DNA of 64,000 nt from Mytilus californianus (Eukaryota): the NCBI RefSeq assembly GCF_021869535.1, contig NW_026262679.1:19220001-19284000 (forward strand), given 5' to 3'. Position 1 is the first letter of the stretch, and every line of letters begins with the position of its first letter. The translations under genes were made by a program, and so were the position numbers. A model generated the notes under the pieces. It searched no databases. It was not told the origin of the DNA and worked only from the letters and a program-made list of their open reading frames with translations. Below, piece after piece: positions 34,001 through 46,500 of this stretch.

Positions 34001-35649
34001 TTTTATTTCGTGGGATGACAATCTTACTACTTAGATACTCTCCTAGTTGAATAAACTGATAACGAACTCTTTGTTGATAGTGAAAGTGACGAAGACATAA
34101 GCGAGAGACCCACCAACAAAAGCAATTGACAATACTGCATACATAGATGGATATGTGTGTCCTCGAAGCAACAAAAAATCTATAAAAAAACACAACATTG
34201 AAGTGGGAGCCGAGGTCATACATCAAAGCAACATGGAAGACACTATTTAAAAAGTTTTTTATAACCTTTTTTCCACGAGACAATCATTTGTAGTGGTTTT
34301 TGTCTTTAAATCATTTGTAGTGGTTTTTGTCTTTTTTATTCTGGGGTAAAGAGATGGCAGTTTAAAAGTAAGTGTGTATACATATACAAATCCTTGGTGT
34401 AAATACATTTTTTTATTATCAAATATATATATATATATATCTTTTGCAGTCACCATTGAAATGTCCTTAAATACGATTTTAATTTAAAAATGAATAAGTT
34501 CATGATTGAATGAGAAGCGTAGTCTGAAACGACAACAGATGCATGAAGCTCATTCATAATATTACGACCAGCAGAAGGTTTCCTTTACTAGGAAAATTTT
34601 ACTCCTTTTGTAAATTTACTGCATTCGTTCATCTTTGGCACGCCACCCTAAAAGGAAGAAAAAAACAATGACTTCAGAATAGGAGAAAATAAACAACTTT
34701 GCCATAAACAGAATGAAAAATGAATAAATTGCCAAACAAAATGCAGGCTATAAATTTCATAGTGCACAAAAATGAAGAACTGATTTAAGGAAATTTGTCC
34801 ATGAACAATTTCAATATTTAGCCAGTTTAATAAAAAAAAAAGAAATTGGGAGTAATATATATCCCCATAATATGACATATTTATTTGTAAATTTCTAGTT
34901 TTGACGAAACAGATTGAAATAATTAGCATAGCTGGCTTTGTGTATAAATGTTGATAATTTTGAAAAAAAAAAAAACACTTTAGGATCAAATTTTACGAAA
35001 ATAGTCTTATTTTCACGAAACAACATTTAGGAGTATTATTGCCCCATAAAATTATATATTTATCAGCATATTTCCAAGTTTAAAGAAAAAAATTGGGAGA
35101 TCAAATGGTTTCTACGGCAATAGGTGAAGTAAAATGGGCCGAGTTTTAACTTTGTTTGTATTTGATTAATCTCATCATTAGAACACATTTTATCAATATA
35201 AATTATTAGAATTCGTTTTTTGTAATTTTTAAATATACTTGCATGCTTTAGCTGTGAAAAGTATCGGCATTATCCATTATAAAAATCGTTAGGCGTAGGA
35301 CCTTTTTCACAACAATGGCGGATTTTACCCAAAAATCCATCGGTATAATCGGCTTTCCGGGGGCCAAGTCATTTCATTGGCTGTTGTATAGACTCCACTA
35401 GAGTTGCGAATCTCTTGTATTATATGTCTCTGATAACAATAAACATATGGACAGGTTAAGAATGAATTTCTGTACAGGACATAGTTATGTAAAATAAGGA
35501 ACCGAGTTCGGAAGGTGGCTTGGAAGCGACCGGAAGCGATAAAATTAAATCTGGTCAATGGTATAGTAAAATTGACGCTTTGACAGCGTCATTTTCCAAA
35601 AACAATACATATCTCATTTAAGAACAAATGTAAGACTATATATCGAATA

Positions 35650-36820
35650 CCAAGCATACAGAATGAAATACCTAACATTCTTTTCTCAGAACAAGTGTAG
35701 GACTACATACCAAATACTAAGAATGAAGAACGAAGGACCTAACATTTTGTACTCGGAACAAGTTTAAGGCTTAAAACCAAATACTAAGCAAGTAGAATTA
35801 TATACTCAGTACAAGTGTTAGACTAAATACAAAATAGAAAGCATGAATAGTGAAGTATCTTAAAATCTGTACACAGGACAAGTGTAAGAGTAAAAACCAA
35901 ATACCAAGCATGCAGAATGAAGGACTTTACAGTCTGTACTCAGAACAAGTGTCAGAATAAATATCAAATACCAAGTATGCAGAAAGAAGAACCTTATATT
36001 ATGTTCCCAGGACAAGTGTAAGATTAAAAACCAAATACCAAGCATATAGAATGGAGAACCTAATATTCTGTACTCAGAACAAGTCTCAGTCTAAAAACCA
36101 GATACCAAGAATGTGGAATGGAGAACCTAATATTCTGTACTCAGGACAAGTCTCAGTCTAAAAACCACATACCAAGAATGTGGAATGGAGAACCTAATAT
36201 TCTGTACTCAGAACAAGTCTCAGTCTAAAAACCAGATACCAAGAATGTGGAATGGAGAACCTAATATTCTGTACTCAGGACAAGTCTCAGTCTAAAAACC
36301 ACATACCAAGAATGTGGAATGGAGAACCTAATATTCTGTACTCAGGACAAGTCTCAGTCTAAAAACCAGATACCAAAAATGTGGAATGGAGAACCTAATA
36401 TTCTGTACTCAGGACAAGTCTCAGTCTAAAAACCACATACCAAGAATGTGGAATGGAGAACCTAATATTCTGTACTCAGGACAAGTCTCAGTCTAAAAAC
36501 CACATACCAAGAATGTGGAATGGAGAACCTAATATTCTGTACTCAGGACAAGTCTCAGTCTAAAAACCAGATACCAAGAATGTGGAATGGAGAACCTAAT
36601 ATTCTGTACTCAGGACAAGTCTCAGTCTAAAAACCACATACCAAGAATGTGGAATGGAGAACCTAATATTCTGTACTCAGGACAAGTCTCAGTCTAAAAA
36701 CCACATACCAAGAATGTGGAATGGAGAACCTAATATTCTGTACTCAGGACAAGTCTCAGTCTAAAAACCAGATACCAAGAATGTGGAATGGAGAATCTTA
36801 CATTCTGTACACTGGACAAA
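35650..36820. repeat. 67-bp satellite: ~11 homogeneous units (36050-36815) preceded by diverged units
   Basis: TAATATTCTGTACTCAG recurs every 67 bp (36061, 36128, ...); diverged units also at 39105-39495, 40253-40335 and 40545-40690. Confidence 0.95.
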
Positions 36821-36844
36821 TGATAATTGAAACTTAAATTAACA

Positions 36845-38910
36845 TAATTCATTGACTAATATCAGATGATTATAACACTGATTTTTCAAGTAAAACAGAC
36901 CCTGCTTGCATTTCTTCATACCTATTTTGTTTTTGTCTTTTCTTTGCAAAAAAACGCATATTTTTATTTTTATCCATAATCATTCATCTCATTTACAGAA
37001 TAATTTTATGTAGTGTAGACCAAAAGTGATAAGAGGTCTACCATTGAGGTCAATGTTATTGTGTCTATTCAATTATGGAACACAAGAGATATTAACTGTG
37101 GTCAATTAAGATTAGCCTTAAAGTGGAGGTGATTCCAATTTATACTCCCATATTTAAGTGAAATTATTTGTAAATAATGACAGTGTCTATCATACTATAT
37201 AAAGTATATTGTATCAGTACTCTTATTTGCCTAAGAAAAGAATTGGAACAATAGCATTTCAAAAAAAGTATGGGAATCAACTTTGATATCAATTACACAC
37301 CTTGTAGCAAATTTGACTCAATTACTTACACAAGCATAAGATAATGATAAAATACTTTCATAATTCTCATCAAGTGCTTAAATTTGATATATTACTTTTT
37401 CACATTAATTTATAAATAGTAATTTATTATAATTTTTGATTTACAAAGGAACTATATGCAAGTGTATATCTAAAATAAAGTAGCTGTTTGACCAATCTTT
37501 TCTTAATTTAAGAGTAAATAACATGTCAAAAGTTGACAATAGATGATTAATAAGGTGTATAAAGTCTCTGCAAGTCATAATCAAAGCATCGTTGATGTTG
37601 TGATCCAGCCATATTCATAGCTAGTCTCATATGCTTTCTGACCATACTTTTTTCTTAATTTTTTTCTCTTTTCATTTCAAATCTTACTGTAAAATTTCTA
37701 TGTTATTGTCCAAATGTAGGGAATTTCGCAATATTGATGCAATTATAGATATATATACTGATCTTTCAATTTTAGACTCTGTCAGATTTGATTTTTGACA
37801 AGAATGGAAAGGAAAATCGTCAAACAAGTAACATATTTTTTATATGCCTTTAATAATGACAGGTTTAATAATTTCCAGAAAGAGGCCTTATAAATGCACT
37901 TTCTCAACAACAAAAGTTAAAAAGAATAATAACTAATTTTTATCTAAATTGGTGTTCATTCTTCATTAAGAAAAAATACATTTCCTGTATTCAAATCTGA
38001 ATGTACAAATACCTAATGCTGATATATTTCCAATTACTGTTAAATAGCAATATAATGGGATATAAATGTAAAACAAACACATAAATTTTATTGCAGAAAA
38101 TGCTCAGGTAAGAGTTATGCAATTTTGTTTAATATTTCAACCAAATTTCTGATAATTGTAACTAATTAATTAGAACTTGATTTATTGACTTATGTCAGAT
38201 GATAATTGCACTGATTTTACAAGTAAAATAAAATTTGCTTGCATTTTTTATACATATTATTTTCATTTTAAGTATTTTCTTTGAAAAAAAACCACATCAG
38301 ATTAATCATTCAGCTACCTAGCAAAATTAACAGAATATTTCGATGTTGTGTAGGTAAAAAAAACCAATACATTCGTAGGTTTACTATTGAGGTCAAGAAT
38401 GTGTGTATTCATTTAGGTGTGTAATTAATTGTGTCTATTTAATTATGTAACAGGTCATGAGATATTTTAACTGTTTTGAATTAAGCCTGGGGTTGTTTCT
38501 AATTAATACTTATTTGAAAATCATGAGTTACTACTCATTCTGACTCTTCCTTGCCTATGGAAAGAATTGGAGTAATACCATTTCAAAAAAGTGTGGGAAT
38601 CAACTTAAATATATTAATACACATGTAGACCTACATTTCATTGAACAATAATTTACACAAACACAAGATACTAATATAATACTTTCAAAATTCTTATCAA
38701 CTGATTCAATTGATGTACAAATACTTTTTCAAATTAATTGATAAATAGTAAATCATCATAAATTTTGATTTAGAAAGGAACTATATGCAAGTGTAAATCT
38801 AAAACAAAGTCACTATTCGACCAATCTTTTCTTAATTTAAGGGCAAATAACATGTCAAAAGTTTGCAGTTGATGATTAAAAAGGTGTAGAAAGTTTCTGC
38901 AAGTCATAAA
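36845..38910. repeat. Old direct duplication of ~740 bp (36845-37585 and 38175-38910)
   Basis: Collinear blocks such as GAAAAGAATTGGA...GGGAATCAACT and AAAGGAACTATATGCAAGTGT...CTGCAAGTCATAA at ~1330-bp offset. Confidence 0.75.
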
Positions 38911-39496
38911 AACACATAATTAGTTTCATGATATGTCTTCAACTTAGTATTCTGCACCATCTCCAAAACCAGAGTGATCGCATAGATCCAGCATGGCTGA
39001 ATCAAAAACACATAATTAGTTTCATGATATGCCTTGAACTTAGAATTCTGTGCCGGCTCCAAATCCGGTGTGATCACAGAGATCCAGCATGGCTGAATCA
39101 AAAACAAATACCAAGTATGCAGATTGAAGGACTTTACATTCTGTACTCAGGACAAGTGTAAGACTAAATATCAAATACCAAGCATGCAGAAAGAAGAACC
39201 TTATATTCTGTACTCAGGATAAGTGTAAGACTAAAAACCAAATACCAAGCATGCAGAATAGAGAACCTAATATTCTGAACACAGAACAAGTGTTAGACTG
39301 AATAACCAAGCATGCAGAATGAAGAACCTAATATTCTGTACTCATGACAAGTGTAAGAATAAAAACCAGACACAAAGCATTCAGAAAGAAGAATCTAACA
39401 TTCTGTACTCAGGACAAGTGTAAGACTAAAAACCAAATACCAAGCATGCAGAATGAAGAATTTTATATTTTCTATACTCAGGACAAGTATAAGACT

Positions 39497-40252
39497 AACA
39501 CGCTGAAATGTCTTACCTGTTTTATTGACCATTAATTTTATCTTGAAAGTCTTAAAGATAAAGATTTTACTACAAGTATCACATAAACTTCACATTTTTA
39601 AATATCCATGACAATGAAGTCAAGGTCAGATAAATCCTGTCAGACAGACATGTTCACCTTACAATTATTCCATACACCAAATATAGTTGACCTATTGCTT
39701 ATAGTAATTGACACATTCCAAAACATAAAAAGTTAACACTGACCAATGTACGATGAAAATGAGGTCAATGGTCAGATGAAACCTGCCACACTGACATGTA
39801 CCCCTTACAATAATCATTCCATACACCACATATAGTTGACCTACTGCTTATAGTATCTGAGAAACGGACCTAATCACATAATTTAACCTTAATCACTAAT
39901 CAATATTATGAGGTCAAGGTTAGGTGAACTATGTCTGATGGACAAGTAGACGTTGCAAGGAATCCATATACCAAATATAGGTATCCTTTTACTCACAATA
40001 AGTGAGAAACTCACATGACAAAAAAACTATAATTTTTTTTCAAGCAGTCGCTGAACAATGAAAATTAGGTCAAGGACAATAGACTTATCACAGACGGAAA
40101 CTTCTTAACATAAGGCATCTGCATACAAGGTATGAAGAATCCAGGTCTTCTACCTTCTGAAATATAAAGCTTTATACAAATAGTTTACACTGCCACCGGA
40201 TGGTAATCCCTATGTCTCACATACTGTGACATTCATCGCAGTCGAGACAAAA
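39497..40252 (+). mobile_element. HINE-type element inserted into the 67-bp satellite
   Basis: Internal ~150-160 bp repeats (GAGGTCAAGGTCAG...CCATACACCAAATATAG) and 3' ATGTCTC...GAGACA hairpin; splits a satellite unit AAGACTAA|AAACCAAATACC without a TSD. Confidence 0.6.
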
Positions 40253-42698
40253 ACCAAATACCAAGCATGAAGAATGAAGAATCTAATATATTGTACTAAG
40301 GACAAGTTTAAGACTAAATACCAAATACCAAACATGCAGAATGGAGAAAATGACTTTCTTTTAAGGCCAAGTGAAAGTCTAAACATTGTTTTTTGGTTCC
40401 TTTAGGTGATATAGCTCTGCATGTGTTTAGGTCTTATACATTCTTGGCTTACAAATACTTGGGTTTGAGCATTCCTGATGAAGGAACACCTAGAAAAGAG
40501 TTTCAGACACATAAAATAAATAAATTGTTATTTTTAGTTAAGGATAAGTGTAAGACTAAATTCCAAATACCAGGCATGCAGAATGAAGGACCTAATATTC
40601 TATACTCAGGATAAGGATTAGACTAAACACCAAATACCAAGCATGCAGAATAAAGGACCTAATATTCTTTAATCAGGAAATTTTACGACCAAACACTAAG
40701 TATTTTATATATTTGTCTGCAAGCATCACTGAAGATACCTTAAATGTTTAAATGTGCATTTGGTGCAGCAAAATTGGCACTTAATATTATTAGGTAGAAA
40801 ATTACATATGAACAGGGCAAATAATTCGGATGCAAACTAATTGCAATTTCTTTAAACAATCTGTCTGAATGAGAGAAAATAGGACACCTGAATATTTTTA
40901 TGGTATCCCAAAAACAAATATCCAAAACTGTAAAAATATAAGAGCATATACCTCAAGCAATGGGAAATGGCCTTCACACAGCACAAAAACATTTATTTTA
41001 CATAGTTTTAATAAATTTTATTGCATAAAACATTTTGTTATCATTAAGGGTATCTCTGTATATAAAAAATATGTTATGATAAAAGGAGACAAAATGCCAA
41101 GGAAAAGTCCAATTTATTTATAAAACTTAACAAGATATAAAAAATACTATGTATAAAAAGATATGGTTGAGCACTTAAAAAGAATTGAATTTATCACTAA
41201 CTACATGAACTACAATGTATTAAAATGCCAAGTTTCTTTTCCTTAGTGCAAGTCAGTTGTCACTGCCATCAGCTGACAATCAAATTTAACAAATTCAATA
41301 TAAATATATAAGAGGAACTCTTTCCCACAAGTGACTCTTTGGTACCTGTATTCCTCTCCTGGTAACAATCACATGAAAATTGGAATTATTGTTAAAGAAA
41401 ATGCTTTCCAGATGATTGATGCAAAGTTTTGTCTTAGGGTTTCCAAGAAAATTTTGAGTGTACATTTTAACATGTATATTCACATAAGGTCTTATGTCAA
41501 AATATAGTTTAGCTTTTGAAACAAACTATTTCCCAACAGATTAGCTGGTCCTTTGTAACATTTAAAAACATTTTTTTTTTGCTTGATGGGTTTTTGTTAG
41601 TCAAATTTCCTTCTATTTTTAGCAACATTGAACAGACTTTTGATAATATTCCCTATGAATCTTTGACAGTTAAGCTTTATTCAAAATTGAGTAAGTGGTT
41701 TTTAAAAATTGTTCACCACAAATAAACAACAGACATCAGCTGATGACACTAACTCATGAGGTCCTGTTGTTGATATTTTAATAACAAACACACACACTGG
41801 TGTAAAAAATAACAAGTGTATACACAATGTATATAGGTAAAAATAATAATACTCTTAACACTTAAATGAAGAACAGTTATGTCATCTGTGTTACTAGTAA
41901 AACACATTAAAAAGCCTTACTACAGGCTATAGACAAACTTAATATTTCATGGCAAACAGTAACAGATTGATCATGAATCAACAAATTCTTAAGAAGCTGC
42001 AGAACATACTTGTCTGTGTAAAAAATTCATTAGACATTAGTAAAAAATAGAAAAGTAAATATAAATGTTCCTTTCCTAGTTGAAAAATTTTCGGAGCAAA
42101 CAATTGGATTCAATACATCCTTCAAGCTTTACAATAAAAGCATATATATTTTTTACAGTGATGAAATAATATCAAAAAGAAAATTTGTAATGTTTCAAAA
42201 CAATTTATCAGTCAAATTAACACAGGAAAAATGGTGGACAACAACCCTGGTTGGTCTGAATGTAGTCAAGGGCACTGGTTTGAAAATCAACCTCTTATGA
42301 ATGTAGAAAGATTCCAAAAACAGAAAGTAATAATCTTAAGCCAAAGGACAAGCTGCACCATGGCCAAACGAAAATTATACTAAAGATTTTTGCATGAACA
42401 TTTGATTAACTTAGCTAATGGTTTTTGATGTGGTCTGGTTGCCCAGTCTTCATTTTCTATGCAGTGTTTTGTGGACTTGTTCAGCTTTTCATTATTTTTG
42501 CCATGATGTTGTAAGTTTTTCTTCGATTGATGAGCTTTGAATGTTCCCTTGGTATTTTTTTAGTTAATTTTCAATATCATTTTTAAAAAGGGATGCATTT
42601 CATTTTTTTGCCCTGCAGTTAAAATGAATTAAATCCTTTCTACACTATATATGAGCAAAATAGAGCTATTTGTTGAATTCCTTGTGACAACAGATATG

Positions 42699-43539
42699 TT
42701 AAAGTGAAGGTTTTGATTTTAAAGTTTCAGATAATTTAAGATCATCTGAGGTGGTTATGATAACTAAATTATCCTTAGCTCTTGTAGCTAGACTGAGTAA
42801 AAACTTCTGTAAACTAGCATGTTCCTCATTAACATGGGGATTAACTCCTATAACAGCAAGTTTATCAAGACCACTAAACCGATGAACTGTGTCAACTAAA
42901 ACACCCTCCTTCATTTGAGCATCTTTTTGAATATCTTGCACAGCATGTTCTATTTCTTGTTTGTCTTTACTTTTCCCAACTAATATTGCGACATCACCAA
43001 TCTCTGTACCATTCTCCACCAACTGATTCAACACATTAGATATCGCTTTCTCAATATTTTCTTGTTTACATTTAATAATTTCTACTTCACATCCTGATGA
43101 ATATTCATGAGCTAAGTGAGGCTGGCTGTCAACTTTTTTCAAAGCTGCAGTTTCCTCTTGATCGTAAGATGTTTCATCTGTATCCAAAAACTGTTTGGCA
43201 AAGTCAAATATTTCTTTAGAATTTCGTGCCACTTCACTCAGCATGTAGTTATTTTTGCCAATCACAGATGGAAGCCCTGCTTTAAACTTGTGAACTTTCT
43301 GGGAATAGTCCATGAAAACCCAGAAATACCCACAACAGGTTTCCATTCCGTGATTAGTTTCATGTCTAGAAACCAGATGAGATGCCAAACCATACCAATC
43401 ACCGTCTCGATCCTTGAAATTCTGAGCCTCATCCACGATCACGTTTTTGACATTATGATATGTTTCATCAAATTTCTTTAAATCAAAGTAAAGTTCCAGT
43501 ATTTTTCTTCTTGTTGTTACTAGGCAGAAATTGAAGGAC
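42699..43539 (-). CDS. Schlafen-like terminal exon (Walker B and helicase C-terminal half)
   Basis: Acceptor TTTCAG|G in phase 2; VIVDEAQNF, FMDYSQ, RNSKEI, DTVHRFSGLDK; stop at 42699-42701. Confidence 0.9.
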
Positions 43540-46500
43540 CTGAAATAAAAATCATGATATATATTTAACTGTATAAGCAAAGTATTTAAAAAAAAAAACA
43601 AGATCAAAGTAAGAAGTTAACTATGTGAATTGTGTGGTTAGTATTTACTGAGATACAATATACTGAGTCACAGTGACATACTTTTTTCTTATGATTTTTG
43701 AACATTTTTATACTCATCTAAAGATATGATGATTAACAATTAAGAATGAAACATAATAAAGAATGATTTCATACAGAACATAATCAAAATTTACAATGTA
43801 GTATATATATATGCAACTATATAATATTGCACAAGTGCAAATAAAACTTCAAATTAGTTATGACATCCGTGACAGAAATATGTTTTAAATAGTTTTTTTA
43901 AGCTTTGCTATACAATAAATGGGTTTTTGCATGAATATTGGTGAATATTATCCCTTGTATTATATAGATGTAGTCATCTTACTATGAAACAAGCATTCTG
44001 TGAGTATTGACTGGCAATACATAGTCCCCTACCGGTCAAAAATTCATTGAACTGGAACAAAATGCTAACTTGATCTATAACTTGTCATGGTGTAAACTTT
44101 ATAACAAATATCAAGTCAATACCTTCAAGCATGAAGAAAAAAAATGTGGAAAAATGATTATTTGAGTGAATTTTCTAAGTCCAAGGACCTTAACTCTGCA
44201 CAAAATCATTAGACCGGAACAAAATTCGAACTTATCTGTAACTTGTCATGATAAAACTATATACCAATCATCAAATCAATATCTTCAAGCATGACAAAAA
44301 AAAGTACGGAAAACTGATTATTTGAGTGATTTTTCTAAGTTCAAGGACCATAACTCTGCACAAAATCATCAGACGGGAACAAAATTCGGACTTGATCTGT
44401 AACTTGTCATGATAAAACTATATACCAATTATCAAATCAATATTTTCAAGCATGACGAAAAAAAGTGAGGAAAACTGATTATTTGAATGAATTTTCTAAG
44501 TCCAAGGACCATAACTCTGCACAAAATCATTAGACCGGAACAAAATTCGATCTTGATCTGTAACTTGTCATAATAAAACTATATACCAATCATCAAATCA
44601 ATATCTTCAATCATGACAAAAAAAAATACGGAAAACTGATTGTTTGAGTGAATTTTCTAAGTTCAAGGACCATAACTGCATAAAATCGTCAGACCGGAAC
44701 AAAATTCGAACTTGATCTGTAACTTGTCATGATAAAACAATACACTAAATATCAAATCAATATCTTCAAGCATGAAGAAAAAAAGTGTGGAAAACTGATT
44801 TGCCGGACTGACAGATGGGCACACAGACAGACGGACAGAGTGCAAACCTAAAGTCTCCTTCAACTTCGTCGGTAGGGGACTAATAACATAGTTGTCTATA
44901 ACTCTGGTGGATAGTTGTCACATCTCCTTATTTTTTATATTTAAAACCTATTTTACTTGTATTTCACTTGTAAATAAATCAACATTTTCTGAACCAACAG
45001 ATTTTCCATCTTTACCTAACGTAGGAACACAAAAGTTCATTTTCAGCAAGGTACAATACTTCATCTTTCTGACATCCCCTTCTTCTGAGCTCTGCTATAA
45101 ACTGTACAGCAGCCACAGTCTTCCCTGAGCCTGGGGGTCCATGTACCCATAATTCCTTAGTAAACTGTTGTTTACATATCAAATCAAACTGGTCACAAGT
45201 CAACAAGAAAAAGTATTTGTCTGTAGCCAGAACTTCTCTCATTGACTTAGTTGAGTTTAAGGTAGAAAAATCAATCGGTTCATATGCCGCCATTGTTATA
45301 ATGAGAGATTGAACTAAACTGTCAAATTTACTTGGTGTGACGTAAAAATGAGATGGATAAAAATTTTCCCACAAACTGTTCTCTATTTCATCATTATATC
45401 CATCCATATTTGCAACATGACAAACCAGACCAAACTTTTCTATGCATCCTCCATGGCATACAAGCTTCTCTTTAATGAATGCTGCTACATAACGACAATG
45501 TTCCCAAATTTTCTCACTACTAGTTTGTGAAATTGTCACCAGGTGGCATCCCTGATTCTCTGTCAGTACCAGCACATCACAGATGGCGTCACTAGGTTGT
45601 AATGCTGTAACCTGCAGCCCCCAACAATTAACAACAATCATCATATGTCGATCCACATCAAAGATGCTAAGTACAGATCTAATGAAGTCTTTGATCTTGA
45701 GATCTTTAATGCAGTCCATGTAGTGATGAGGTAAAACTAAGTTCTTACTGGCATCTAGAATATCAATCATGTCAATGAGGCATATATTGAAATGGGTCAA
45801 ATTTGATTCATAAAATATACAAACATGTATTGTTATAATCTATATAAACTGCTGGTTGGATAGAAATTTTTGCCAGTCCTTGCAAAGGAATAATGCAAGT
45901 ATACATATATTTCCAAACTTGTTTTTTTTTTTTAATTCTTATTCCTATTTACCACAACTTTTAGTTCTTTATTCTAAAATGTTCAAGTTTCTATGCTGTT
46001 TTTTCCACATCTCCTGCTTTATCATATCCAACAAGTTTCAGCCATCTAACCATTTATCGTGTTGAAGATATATGTTATGTATTACTGTTGAAATTTGACC
46101 CCAAGATACTATATGATTTTTTCAACTATAATGCAGATCATCTTCAACACATCACTTTATTTATGAACTTGGAATGTAATATTGAACCTCTTTGTGATAA
46201 ATTCAAATAAAATATACTATGGCAGAGATAACTTCAAATTAACTAGAAAGAAATTCTTCATGTGCCTCTCCCTAGTCATTAGCATGTAATTCAGTGGCTG
46301 TCGTTAGTTGCTGTCTGTCATATTTATTTTTTAGCATTAATCAGGTTTTTTTTGTCATACCATAGCCTTTTGTAGCTTACTTTATGGTATGGGTTCCACT
46401 CATTGTTGAAGGCTGTACAGTGACCTTAAATTTTTTCGATCTTCATGCTTTCATTTCTGGTGCATATTTGTCGCATTGGCAATCATACCACAACTTTTTA

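Noticed and set aside
41230-41480. Possible exon of another minus-strand gene (CAG|GTACC donor)
   Set aside because: No recognisable motif, no supported acceptor or partner exons.
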